Shown: positions 13,380-27,303, counted from the stretch's first letter. The stretch is 64,000 bases of DNA from Bigelowiella natans CCMP2755 (GCA_000320545.1 ADNK01003366.1:52740-116739); one strand, 5' to 3'. Notes: generated by a model not told the origin, from the letters alone. Program-made: numbers and translations.

Positions 13380-14400
13380 ATGAATTCCATTCTCAAGTCC
13401 AATGCATCATCACAAGCGCGGTGATGTGCTTCACTAGCACCACCAACTCTGCACCGCATCGTGCAAGATGTGCGCAGACCATGACAAGTTTTTGTGAACT
13501 TGTAGCAATTCAATTGGCTTGATTCGATTGCTTCTTTTTGGCTCATTGTGTCCACAGTCAATGGACAAGCTAGCTAGCACTGAGAGCACGCATTTGGTGG
13601 CGATCAAGTGAGACATGAGGGATGCTCCAATCCACTCTTTTTTTCTTGATGCAAAGCACATTTCAATCTTTGCACATGATGCTTGAGGACTTTGCACGAG
13701 TGCATGTCCTCTTTCTGCCCTGACAACATGAATTCTCGCTCCCAAACTGCAGTGAGCATTGCATTGTGCAAGTGAGCAGCTCCGATGCACACAAATGGAA
13801 ATGAGCCGATGCTGCAAGACACTGCTGCAGTGGTCGCACTCCAGCTAGCCAGCACTGTGCGCGTGAAAGGGTGGGCTTGCCCACGTGCCATTGAGTGAAT
13901 GTTCTCGGTTGCCAGTCACAGCCAGTGATGCATCGATTGCGACACACGCTAAGTTTGATTGAGCAAGGTGTCCCGGCTGCACCTGAGTGGGTGAATCAAT
14001 GGGCTCGTTCCAGCGTTGACAATGAACGCACTGGCACAGAATGACAAACAAGTGAGTGCATCGATCAGTGCACAGTGCAACTCTGGAACTGAAGGACCAT
14101 CAGTGGAGCGAGTGAATGAATGATCGAATGAGCTGTTTCAATGGTGCGTTCAAGAAAGGATCATTGATTGACAGGTTGTGCTGACCAGCTTCCACGTCCT
14201 CCTCAATCAACAGGAAAGTTTCAGGGTTCACTTTGATCGCGTTCACCAACCACGCCAGCACGAAGCAACTCACCCACCGTGCGCAGCGTCGCGTCACGCT
14301 CGAACTAGCTTCAGTGCGGACTGATTGGATTTGAAAATGGGAATTCATCATGAATGCCCAAGGACAGACCACTGTGCATGCATTGTGCAGCCGACAAACT
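13380..14400. other. TpA-depleted, TpG/CpA-rich intergenic island (putatively hypermutated relic DNA)
   Basis: Manual count: 7 TpA in 13381-14400 (5 CTAG, 1 GTAG, 1 CTAA) versus about 15 per 300 bp in the importin exon 60001-60300. About 40 CpG retained. No microsatellites. Confidence 0.9.
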
Positions 14401-14599
14401 AAAAAAAACAAATGAATCTCCATGTCGCATGGTGTTTTCCCCCTCTAAGACTCACAAAAATATGTGCTTGTATGCAGATCAAACACCAGAGAGACATCAG
14501 CATCGCCAGGCCCCGTTGAGATCGATCCATGCTGCCACTGTCTTGCCGAGGAGGGGAAGGACGACGACAAGGAGGAGGAGAATAAGAAGAACGACGACG

Positions 14600-16908
14600 A
14601 TGACACCTTTCATGGCAGGCCATTGCACAACTACTGCCTCTAGCGATTTCTGCTTTCACAGTGGCTACATTGCAACACTCTGTGTAATGGTAGCTACTGG
14701 AATTGCAATGACAAATTCTATCTCATTTTTCAGCATGGGATTAAATGCAAAATCGAACATGAAGCAACAGTTGCGGCAGCTCGTAAGAATATCACCACCT
14801 CCAAGAATGACCTCGAGATATGCTGCAAGATTTGGTCGTCATCAGCGCGATGATAATAGCAGGAGACGACGAGTTGATCGAATGCATCATCATCATCAAA
14901 CAAAATGCGGATATCGAAGAATAGCAGCGCTCTCAGCAGTTAATCCTTTGTCCGCAGGTATAACAGATTATCGATATGGAAATTTCCGAAAAAATGTTAT
15001 GAGTCGCAGCAACAGCCTTCTCCAATTATCTTCATCTTCAATACCTTACTACTCTTCAAAGAACTCAACGAGTAATAGTATGAAAACGACGTGTGGTGAT
15101 GGTGATGAGGGGAGAAAAAAAAGAACGAAGAATAGGGAGGAGAAGGAGGAGGAGGTTGATAGGTATTATTTTCGAAATTACGCTGAAGGACATCTACGAC
15201 TAGCTTCGCATCTCAAAAAGGTAGTAAGTAGCACTTGCTGTTGGGCGCCTTGTATTAGTATTATTTTCATTCTAATAATTGCACATATTGTTCGATCAGC
15301 AAAGCAGCACGCAGCGTAGTGAATGTCACAGGTTGATTTGTTGCTCGATTGTAGGAATGGAGGAGTAAGAATAGTAGATCGGCCAGTAGGCGAAAGGATA
15401 TTTATTTGATACTGAAGGTGGTTGCTTTTAACGATCTGCTGTGGTTGTCATCATCACCACCATCATCATAACTAATTTAGGAAGAAGTGAAAGAGGTTTT
15501 AATTTCGTTGAACGGCGACATGAACAGTCGATGGGACTACGCACTCGCTGTAATTGTTGGAGTTATATGCTCCCCCTCCTCCTCCAATGGAAAAAAGGAA
15601 GAAGAAGAGAGTGGATTGGAACGTGGAAGAACGACGACGAAAAATCTACACCAGCAGCTCAACAGAGACGATCATCTCTCTCATGATGGTAGTAGTAGTA
15701 GTAGTAGTAGTAGTAGCAGTAGGATAGGAGGAGTATTCGATTGATTGATTACTTTACCGATCACGACCGATCACAAGCAAGAACCATCACTCTCTGACAT
15801 CTCATTTTTCACATTCTTCGATCTTGCTACTTTACTTATTTGCTTCCTGCAGCCACCTCCTTGTTCAATTCGGAGCTTACGGCGGTTGTACATTTGATTC
15901 TGGAAAGTATTGGCGAGGTTGAATCAGAATCCAGCCAACTACTGATGATGGATTTATCATCATCATCATCATCATCATCTGCTACTACTACTACTACTAC
16001 TGCTACACCTACTACTTCTATCGGTGCAAGAACAAGGACAACGAAGACTAGTATCTCTCCTTCTCCTCCTCGTTCCCCCCCTCAGTACCTGTCAAATTGC
16101 TGTGCAAGCTTTGATATAGCAGGGAGGAGGCATGATTATAGGCGTGGTGTTGATTACGAGACCTTTGTGAAGGAATGGGTCGAAATATCTTTGAGAAAAG
16201 CTGCTGATGCTAATACCGGTAATGTTGGTGCTGCTACTGCTACTACTCGTTGCACTACTACTACTACTTCAACAACTGGTGGTGGGTTACAGCAGCAGCA
16301 GCAGCAGCAGCAGCGCATGTTACCAAGTCTACCTGGAAGGACGCTCGTGAGACTTATGGAGATATTTTACAGAACTCACATAATACCAATACCTCACAAT
16401 AAGAATATCGATGAAAATGACGATGAAAATCATGATCATTATGGTCAGGAAGAGGGTAGTAATAAAAACCCTACAGATAATAATAATAATAATAATAAAA
16501 GCGGGCCTTCTTCTTTTTCTTCTTCTTTGACTTCTAATGTGGAGGACTTTGTGAAACAAAATGCTGTGGAATATTACATAAAGCAGGGCCTACGTCAGAT
16601 CGCCGTTAAGGTAGTAGTATGCTGCTAGCAACCTCTAATCAGTAAGAAGTATTCTCTGATGATAATGACAATACATCATATGGATCCCTTCTATTCTCCT
16701 GTATCTATCAGATGATTACTCTTTGCGATATGAAAGTCTATGGCTCGACGACCGCAATTGACAACTTGATCAAGTGCAATGATATGAAAGCTGCCACTGT
16801 TCTAGCAAGTTGTGTATACTATATTATATCATATCATATATATATATATATATATAGAAAAGCATGTAGCAAATGGTACCTAATCATCGACAAAAGATAA
16901 AGAAGAAG

Positions 16909-16942
<34 letters not shown>

Positions 16943-17351
16943 TTTGGGCTTGGTTCTACACTACCACAACTACTTATTAAGGTGATGATTTTAGTGATAT
17001 TTGCTTCTATCTCAGTGTTTTGTTCCCCCCCTTTCTTCATCTCCATCTTCATTTTCATCTTCATTTTCATTTTCATCTTGCTGTCATAGATTGGAGCGGA
17101 TCCCATCGACGTCTTATTACTCAAGCAATAAAAGCAAAAAAAACAATTTTTGCCTATAGGCATGCAAAGAAAAACAGCATGCAAAATCAGTAAGAATTAC
17201 TTGAAAATATGTTGTTGTTGTAGTTGTTGTTATCTATGTTGATTATTATTGTTAATAATTTTCATTTTTGTGGTGATATAAATCATTCGTGGTAGTACAT
17301 CCTACAAAATAACAATTGATAATTACATAATCTGTTGTTTGGAGGCATGGT

Positions 17352-17383
<32 letters not shown>

Positions 17384-18954
17384 GTGTGATTATCATCTTC
17401 TTCGTTACAACCATCATCGTTATCATCATCATCATCATTATCATTTTGTATGTTCCTACTCGTTTGTTTTTCAATCCTTTACTCTCCTCCTCCTCCTCCT
17501 CCTCCTACTCATGAGTAGTAGTAGTGCCGCTATGATCAACTTTCCTCTTTGTTTTATGAAAAATAAATTAGATTTCCACCAAGTCTTAAGGACGACCACG
17601 ACCGAGGCATGGTGCTCTTAATGATGCTGCTGCTGCTGCTGCTGATGATGATGATGATGATACCGACTAAAATCGACAAGGAGAAATAGGAGGAGGAGGA
17701 GGAGGAGGACAAGGAGTGGTTTAGAATATAGCGATGATAGGAGAGAGATTCGAAGTTATTCCTCATTATTATTATTATTATTTTCACTACTACTGTTTAT
17801 TTACTACCTACTACTACCACTACTACTACTCAGGTTCGTCAATACATAAGGATGAATGCATTGGTAATGATGATAACATTTAATAATTACGTAACACATT
17901 AGGATCAATGCATTGGTAGTAACAACAGTTAACTACATCATACATATGGTTTAATACATTGCGTAGTAACGATAATAGTAACATGATATTGAGGAGGTAT
18001 AGAAAGAAGAAGAAGAAGAAGAAGAAGAAGAAGAAGAAGGGCAAGAAAATAACATTGACGACGAGAGAACCATCATTATACATTACCCATTTATTAATTA
18101 ATTGTGTATAGCAATCATCCATCATTAAATATGTACTACTATTACTACTACTCTTACACTCTCCTTTTATCGATATTATCATGAATTATTCTCCTTTTAT
18201 TAATATTATCATGGATTATTCTGAAAGGATCTTGCGGTTGCGGTTGCAGAGGACAGCAACAAGAAATCTGTCAGGTGTGATAATGATTCATCATCATCAT
18301 CATCATTACCATCATCATCACCACCAACAACTACTACCATCATCATTGATTTGATTAAACTGTCGGGCATTATTCACTCTTCTGATAAAGTGAGAGTAGT
18401 AGTTTTTCCATCGAACAATCGTTATTATTACATCTGCTTACTCTCTCACTTTCATTTGCATTAATAGATGATCTCACAAAGTAGTAGTAGTAGTTTGATA
18501 TGGTTATTTATTTATTTAATACTCACAAATGGATGGAGGAGTTTGAACAAAATATACACGTACCCTCGCTATGCTTTTGTATATATGATATAAAATCAAA
18601 GATCTGAGGTTATTACAAGCATTAATAAAAGCATTGGAAGAGAAGCAAAGACAAAAGATGTAACCTACTACTGCTACTACTACTACTGCTACTACTACTA
18701 CTACTTTGATAATGTTAATTTCAATTATCATCATTTAAACACCGCCACTGTAAAAAAAGCTACTATAGCCAATATCTGTTCTTGTTGTTGTTGTTGTTGT
18801 AGTAGTAGTAGTATAAGGTACGTAGGATTGATCGTCCTTTGCGAGGAAGAGAAATGTATGATGTGTATATATCTGATATGATATTGGAGATTGAGAGAAT
18901 AGTAGCTATTATGACTCATCATCACATTATATTAATACTAAAGAATGTATGTTA

Positions 18955-18988
<34 letters not shown>

Positions 18989-18991
18989 ATA

Positions 18992-19032
<41 letters not shown>

Positions 19033-19941
19033 AGTCACTACAAGAAGTAACAATTCTACTGTGTGACTAGTTTCATATTTTCCCTATCATAGGTTATTAT
19101 TCTTATGATGTGGATTTGATCGCATCCAGGTGTTGACCGAAGTCTGGTTCGCCGTTGCTCCACAAAACAGACGAGATTACAAGTTTCCACGACAATTTCT
19201 CCAAGCCTTTGATTATGATGATAATGTTAAGAAGAATGCTACTGTTCCGCGTTATGAAATCGCAGAGAAAGAGTACTGGGACTTTGGCAAATATAGGAAA
19301 TCTTATGAGGCAAATGATGGTTTGGAGTATATTACACTTCCAAACGATGTAGACGTTATTTGGGTTGAGACGATCGAAGGTTGTATTTAGCAGTAGTAGT
19401 AGTAGTAGAAGTAGTTGTAGTACTAGTACTAGTACTAGTATTTTCCATTTATTTCTAGTGTGGGTACTACTACTATGATTATACTGCCTTCTTTAAACGG
19501 TTGTGATCCTTCTTCTTCTTCTTCTTCTTCTTCTTCTTCTTCTTGTTAAAATACGACTTATGACTCATCAGATTTGAGAAATATGGAGGCTTACTTGATG
19601 ACAACGAGCAGCAGCAGCAGCACCAGTGTATCACCATCATCATCATCATCATCATCAGCCATTGTATATTCCTACAACAACAACGACAACAAAAATAACA
19701 AGGATGGTAAGGAGGAGGAGGAGGAGGAGGATGGAGAAGACAAGAACCATCACTCAATCTGGCTAGGAATAGACGCAGAATCAACACCCACCTTTGACGG
19801 TAGTTGTAGTAGTAGTAGTAGTATGTGGTAGCAGCATCATAATGATAAAAAGGAGAGAACACGAATATTGAAAGAATTGGAAATATGTGTTTGTTCCTTC
19901 AACCTTGCTTTATTTTGACTTTGCAGGTATGAAAGTTAAGC

Positions 19942-19972
<31 letters not shown>

Positions 19973-20213
19973 AATGTATTTTATCGTCACAAATTCTTCT
20001 TATTGTTCTGATTTCTATTATTATTATTACTATTGTTGTTGTTGTTGACTGATGCAATCAGGATCACCTCAAAAAGTGTCGCTGCTTCAGATAGCAACTC
20101 TTAAGAAAGTGTACCTTATTGATCTTCTAACTATTCTTGGAGGAGGAGGAGGAGGAGAAGAAGAAGAGGGGGGGGGGGAAGGACTTGAAGAGGAGGAAAG
20201 TGGTATACCGGAA

Positions 20214-20250
<37 letters not shown>

Positions 20251-20445
20251 AACTATCGATGCGGATGATGCTACTACTGCAACGTCTGTTTCACAATTAC
20301 TTGCTGCAGTAGAATTGTTGTATTATTTGAAATTAGATAAATCAAGTTGTTGTATTATTTGAAATTAGATAAAGCAATGAATCATCAGTTGGTTCCTGTC
20401 TGAATGCATGTGTATGTTTCTGGCTTGGGGGGTAAATAGCCATAA

Positions 20446-20477
<32 letters not shown>

Positions 20478-21509
20478 TCAAAATTGAATATTAAGTATAA
20501 AGAGAAAGAGAATTAGATATTTGTATAAATGACTAACTTCTTACTGTTACAACATAGATAAATCGGCTGCTGCTGCTGTTTTGGATGAGCTGTTAAGGCG
20601 TCTTCTTCAAGATCCGAAAATCAAGAAAGTAATGTGCTTTATAATTGCGGAGAGATAAAGTTATTGATGAACGACAGTGTTTCGAGTGTACGACAACAAC
20701 ACAATATGCACAATATGCAGTGTTTGTTATAAATTATATGAAGAATTAGTCATGATCTCCCCTCTTAATATTACATATGTACAACAGCATATATGATTGG
20801 TGATGATGATCATGATGATGATGATGTTGTAGTGCTGCTTTTTCTTGTATCATTCATTTCACTTGCTTCTTCTCTCAGATTGGTCATGGAATTCGCCAAG
20901 ATTTAAAGGATTGCAGGAAGTAATAAATGACCAAAAAAGTTTATCTTATTTGAAGTAACTTATCCGATATGGTGTTTCTTCAACGTCATCATTAGTATGT
21001 TAAGAAGAAGATGCTACCTCATAAAGTATACTCATATATCTTATCTGCTCTACTACTACTACTACATTTGTTTGCAGATCTTTTCCACATGTGCACGCAT
21101 TTAGTGATAAAGCATCACAAGTCATAGAACTTCAAGAGTTGTGGAAATTGAAAGCAGCAGCAGCAGCAGCTGTAAAGAAGAGTGAGAAGAAGAAGAAGAA
21201 GAAGAAGAAGACAGAAAAACCGCCTGAATCTCTTTCTAAGCTCGGTCAGTCACTTCTTGGGAAACCTTTGCAGAAGGTAGTAATGAATATGTACTGAACA
21301 CAGTCATGAATGAGCAATCTTTTTTGATGATGTGAGGTAACAGCTGTACACATAATGATAACAAGGAATATGATGATGATGATGATGATGATGCTGGTGT
21401 CTAATTGGGAATAATCAGAGTAGTCAAAAGATCATGCATGCATCATGTCTGAGAAGGAGTACATATTTAGAATAAAAATAGCATCTTTGGTTATTTCACA
21501 TTGTGGTGT

Positions 21510-21545
<36 letters not shown>

Positions 21546-21889
21546 GGTGTGTAACGGAAATTTGATGATAACAATTCAGTCAAAAGCATTCTCAAACTGG
21601 AGTAGAAGACCATTAACACCTGCACAAATATATTACGCGGCTCTCGATGCACACGTGGCCCTGCAGGTAGTGCTTGTAGTGACAGGAAGCTTTATGATGA
21701 TAATTGATGATGATTAGTGATATACTATTATTTATTTTTTTGGCTATGAGGAGTGTCTTACAGCATTATATATAGACATGCTATAATGAGCATCTTACAG
21801 CATCATCTAGGCATGTTCAATCAATCGCACAAAATGATACGTTCTTGCATAAAATCGTCAGATTCTTCAAAAGCTCAACAACTAAATAG
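14600..21889 (+). CDS. Mut-7/EXD3-like DEDDy 3'-5' exonuclease domain protein, multi-exon gene span
   Basis: C-terminal exons give IWLGIDAES (ExoI, ~19757-19785), KVSLLQIAT..KVYLIDL (~20070-20130), LLRRLLQDPKIKK|IGHGIRQDL (ExoII), SLSKLGQSLLGKPLQK|SKAFSNWSRRPLTPAQIYYAALDA (ExoIII, ~21580-21666). Upstream in-frame exon ORFs at 14600-15220, 15840-16610 and 19130-19379. Start and last exon (TCYNEH...STTK*) are inferred. Confidence 0.85.
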
Positions 21890-23343
21890 CGATGAGTATG
21901 AGTGGCAAAAATGATGACGCACAAGTACTTTCTCCTGCGACTTTGAGATGTACCCATCCTGGTTGTCGCAAGAACAAGAAGAAGCAGAAAGAAAATAGTA
22001 ACATAGTAGTAGTATCGAAATACTAATATAGGATGATGATCTTTCACGATTTCAATCTGCCTTAATCAGCGATAATGTTCTACAGAAGAAAGCATCCATG
22101 TAGTTATTACTATCAGCAAAGCTGAATCATGCATCATGCACCAATCTATGAATAATCTTTGAACAACTTTAAGAAACATTTCAATTTATGTGTCACAAAA
22201 ATGGATCATCATGCTAGCCCTCATAGTGGTTAGTATAATTGTTAGTAGTACAGCTCCTAACCTTCCGAAACATCATAAGCAAGTCATCGTGATCGAGACA
22301 GCACTTGAATTACAAAGAACTGTGTATTGCTCATAGCTTATGTATAAATTGAAGTCGATTATGATCCGCAGACGAAGTCATTACACCCCTGGCATGCTAG
22401 ATCATGATGAACATAGAAACATCTAGACGTATATGATGCAATATGTAACTTCGTAAGAAAGTTTTAAAACTCCGATGGTGGAGTAGGTACGTGTACGTTG
22501 ATTGTGCATAATGAGTAAAGCTCATGATCTGTGCAGAGTTGCATACTTTGGCGGACAGGAATCTCTATATGTGGTAGGCGCGTGGAAACAGATCCCAGTC
22601 CTCGTTTAACAAAGTGCAGAGAGCATCATGCATTGCAACGACACAACGTACGTGACGATACGAGGCTAGGTTGGCTATCTGCATGCATTTGCACATGCAC
22701 GTACCACGCTATATCATGTATAGATTGGAGCGTCGTTGTTGTCAACATGTTGACATTGTGATGACGAACCTACTGTGCATGCATGCCGCACGAGCTAGCT
22801 TATAGTGTAGTGATACTTTTTTGTTGCATCATCACGCGTTGTCACATGCAATGAATCACGCACGTACACTACTATTAGCTGTACGTACGCACTACCCTAG
22901 CACCAATACATTTTAGCTTTATTTTAGATGGTTTAGCGGTTTTCATTCATAGATGCATTTAGCTGCTTTTGATTTATTAAAATATAGCACACACACCGTT
23001 TGTGTAGCGATATTGTTTCCAAGCTAGAGGTAGTAAAGTCATGAGGCGCAGGAGCATAAACATGGCTTAGTCGTACTGCTTTTGTCTACGTGTACGACAA
23101 TGTATTACCGGCTCATCATCATGGCAAAACCACCAATAATTAGCTGTACTAATCAAATATCTATAATGCATTCTAATGGTAGTAGATAGATTACTCTCAC
23201 AACAAGAAACTTGGAAAAACAACCAAGGCTACTCATACCACACTCTAGTTTATAGCAGCAGTGAAAGATGATGAGAAATCCAATGATACATTCCAGCAGT
23301 AGCAACTGTTTCAGCAACTTCTTCCACAGCTTGTTCTGTCTTC

Positions 23344-24010
23344 TCAGGTAGCATTTGTACTTTTCAAACGTTGAGCCTATAATATTTAGTAAACATAGTG
23401 GTCATCATCATTCATACCCTAATACTCTACTGGAATCATACATTTTTTGTGTCAAAATAATATTATCCTTTGGAGTTTAAGTCATGTTATCGCGAGAGTT
23501 CTATGTCTAGAGAATGTTTATTTTTGTACACCATGTAACAACTACATGTATTTATTAATTTACCTCTTTCAGCCAATTGATGTGAATGAAGATAACACAA
23601 CCATTTAAAATAGCGTGTATAAGCGATGCAGTTGTGCATGCAAGTACTAGCCCAGGAACTCCTCTCGGCAAAAAGCAGTTCTCCTGCTGCTGCAATAGTA
23701 ACAAATGAAATGAGAGAAAAGCACACCAAAAGATGATGATACCTTCTTCATACTTGCTGAAAGAAAGCTGAAAATCGGAGTATTGTAACTACTCGTAATT
23801 TTTTGGATGTATGTGCAAATTGCACAGTATCACTATTAGTAGCCATCTACCTCGTGACAAAAATGTTTAAATGCCAGTACGTAGGCCAGAGGTAAACAAA
23901 TGATAAAGTAGGCTATAATCGATGTAACCTAAATGTGATATAATAATATTAGAAACTATGGAACTGTTGAGATCTAAAATTTCAATCTAGGAGTATATAA
24001 CAATGACGGT

Positions 24011-24050
<40 letters not shown>

Positions 24051-24731
24051 ACTCTCTAATACTGGTTCTCATTATTAGAAAAATTGAGTAGAAATCCCAA
24101 GAATAATCAGCAGCAGCAGCACAGAAGATGATGATGCGACAAGAGACAACGAAGGAGAGTCAGATAGAATAATGACAGAAATAAACAATTAGGAGATATT
24201 TAAACTACTACTATGTACATGCACAAATCCACGTGTTGCTGCGTTGAAAGAACAAAAGGTATTGTAGTTAGTTATGTTTGATTTGCATCATTTCTTTACT
24301 CCTCACCAATCCAAGAGATTGTTTGCCAGCACCCCTTAGCATTCCATTCATAATCTAATCCATCAGGAAGAACATGCAATGATCATGATGATATTGTTGT
24401 CCAATACGATTCATCGTCATTATCACTTCTCCTTTTCTACTAAAAACACCGTTGTTCTCTGAATATGATGATATAAATAAGAACTATTATGGTACACACA
24501 CAATACATACATATACGCGGTAAATATGTTGTGTGAAATAATACCAAACATCTTTTGGTCTAATAAATATATCTCTACACACTCCTTCCAACATACCTCT
24601 TTGAGCCCGTCAAAGAGCTGCTGAATAACTACCATTGTAAAACAAATTCCCCCGACCTGAGTTGTGATAATATGGTGATATATGGAAAGCATGGTTATTA
24701 TGAGTGATCATATCTCTATTATTATTTCTAT

Positions 24732-24763
<32 letters not shown>

Positions 24764-27264
24764 ATAGTACTCTGCTGCCTCATTTCTATTTTCACGCATA
24801 ATAACAGTAACCGCACCAGAGACTGGATTTCATTACTAACTATTGCTTTAGTCGTTGAGGGAGGGGCAAAGAGCAAGGGCAGCTGGGTGCGTATTCCCTA
24901 AGATGATAGATAACAGGTGGGAAACAGCAGTTGTTTGTAATAATACCACAAATAATACGTTATAGTATTGGTGGCAGCTAATGAATTATGACAAGAAGAT
25001 ATTAGATAATCATGGCTGATTGTTATCTATCTCTCGACTAGGTAGTACTACTACTAACAACTGGTATAATGAATATTCGTATCGTCGTCGTTGTCGTCGT
25101 ATTATTGTCCAATTAAGAGGCGGTTACGATTTATTTTAAATCAGAAAAAACAATTAGAAAACATCCCAGACAGCAGCAGGGTACTATAGAAGAAGAAGAA
25201 CTTGACGTATAGCTTGATCTTAAGTGATAATAAATAATAGTGTGATAATTACACTATAATTACTACTTATTAGAAATTACCGGTAACAAGAGAATTATGC
25301 ACACCACCAGCCATTGCAGCAAGAAGACAACTAAATTATCACCAGTAATTAATAATCATTAGTGATTAGTAGTCAAGTGTGCAGTAGTAGCCGACAAATA
25401 CCAGATAGTAATAATAGTAGTATTATCGAAATAATAGATAATCACGCTGCTACTACTCTACATACCCTCCCTATACATAGCAGAATAATAATTAATTCAC
25501 GACATTTAATAATTGACAGTAGCAAATTCAATAAAACAAAGGAATAACATCTTGATACTACTAGATATAAATACATATGTGTGTGTGTGTGTGTGTGTGT
25601 TTATATGTATCACGAATATAGTTTATGATCATCTACTACTACCAATTGCTGCCTTTAGAATTTTCTTTGGCCCCTCTCCCCTTCCGGCACTTGTTAGATG
25701 AATGATGAAAAGAAGGAATTAAGGAGGAAGGTGTGCAAAGTGCATCAGTAGACAATTTTAATGAAATTACATTCAATAATCCACATATATTATCAATCTT
25801 CCGTTTGTTTGTTTTGTCTTTGTTTTCTTTATTGAGAATGATATGGGAAGTAGCATAGCAATCAGAAGGCAGCATTTAAGTGGTGTAATAATGACGAAAA
25901 ATAGAGAAATAGTACAAGTAAATACTATGGCAGCACGAAATATCATCTTATTCATATTATACTTCATTTATTCATATCACCGAACAACATAACCCCCCCC
26001 CCCCCCCTCTCTCTCACACACACGCATATATCCATACTGACATCTTGAAATACCCTAGATTTGCTCCAACTCTTACGCACACCGCCATTGATACTCCGGA
26101 TGAGAACATAAATATCAATCTATAACACACCATCATGTAATACATTGATTATTGCGAAGATAGGAGAGAAATAATAAGTCAAATGATCATAAATGGTTAT
26201 TGTTATTGTATGGGCGATGGTGGATAGGACAGAATCATACACTTACGCTGTGATGTTTAGAATGATTGTCATCGAAATGACTTGAACCTGATCGATAATA
26301 ATACAGTATAAACAAGAGAATAATAACACAATTCATCATCTTACAAGTCATACTACTACTATTTCAAGAGAGGAAGAGAGATGTACAACTAATACATTTT
26401 GGTAATTAAATAAGACAGATTGTCGTATTTGCTGTCTGTAAGTACTGTAGTTGTAGTGTTCGTGATGATGGTTGTTGAATTATTATCGATATACTACGTA
26501 CATCAGGATTAGGTAGAGTTCCAGCCATGAGCACCAGGACTTCAAATGCCCAGAATTCGCATGCCTACCAATAAATATACCATGACGACGATAATACACA
26601 AGTAAGTAGGAAGAAGAAGAAGAAGGGCCTTTCTCTCTCTCTACTGTTGTGCGTCATTTGGATAGGAGGAGGGGGATTTTACCAGCATTGATACAGCTGG
26701 TACTGAGATTGCAAGCATTTGATTCCATCCTCTTAAGGAGGCAGCAGCAGCGATTATCACCGTTCCAGATTTCGATTGAGGAGGAGAAGTAGGAGCAGGA
26801 TAACCGTTGTTGCTACTACTACTTAGCTGTGGTCAATATTGTGTATTATTATCATCATCGTCGTCATCGATCGTCATCATCCATTTTGATTGTTTGCCAG
26901 TAATCAAGAAATGGGCTATGATGATGATGATGATAATGCATGATGCTCAAGGGAGGGAGGGGCTGATTAAGAAGAAGGAACAACACCTCAAAAACATATG
27001 ATTGATTTGAAGGAGGAGGAGGAGGAGAATGTGCTGCTTCTAAAATAAATAGTCTTCTTCCCGTGATATAGTGTTCTATCTGACTATATCATTGATTATT
27101 ATTATTACCCTTGCACAGACATTGGTCTGTACTACTACTGAGTTTGACATCTTCATTTGTACGGTGACTATCAAGAAGAATCATCAATTACTAATTCAAT
27201 GTATGGATAAATATTTAGTCTACTACGCAAATACTATGTAAATTAACATTACTCTCCTAATATT

Positions 27265-27303
<39 letters not shown>

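Noticed and set aside
13380-14400. Island explained by CpG methylation decay or classical RIP
   Set aside because: CpG is retained (about 40) and TpA is lost. CpG decay does not remove TpA, and RIP would increase it.
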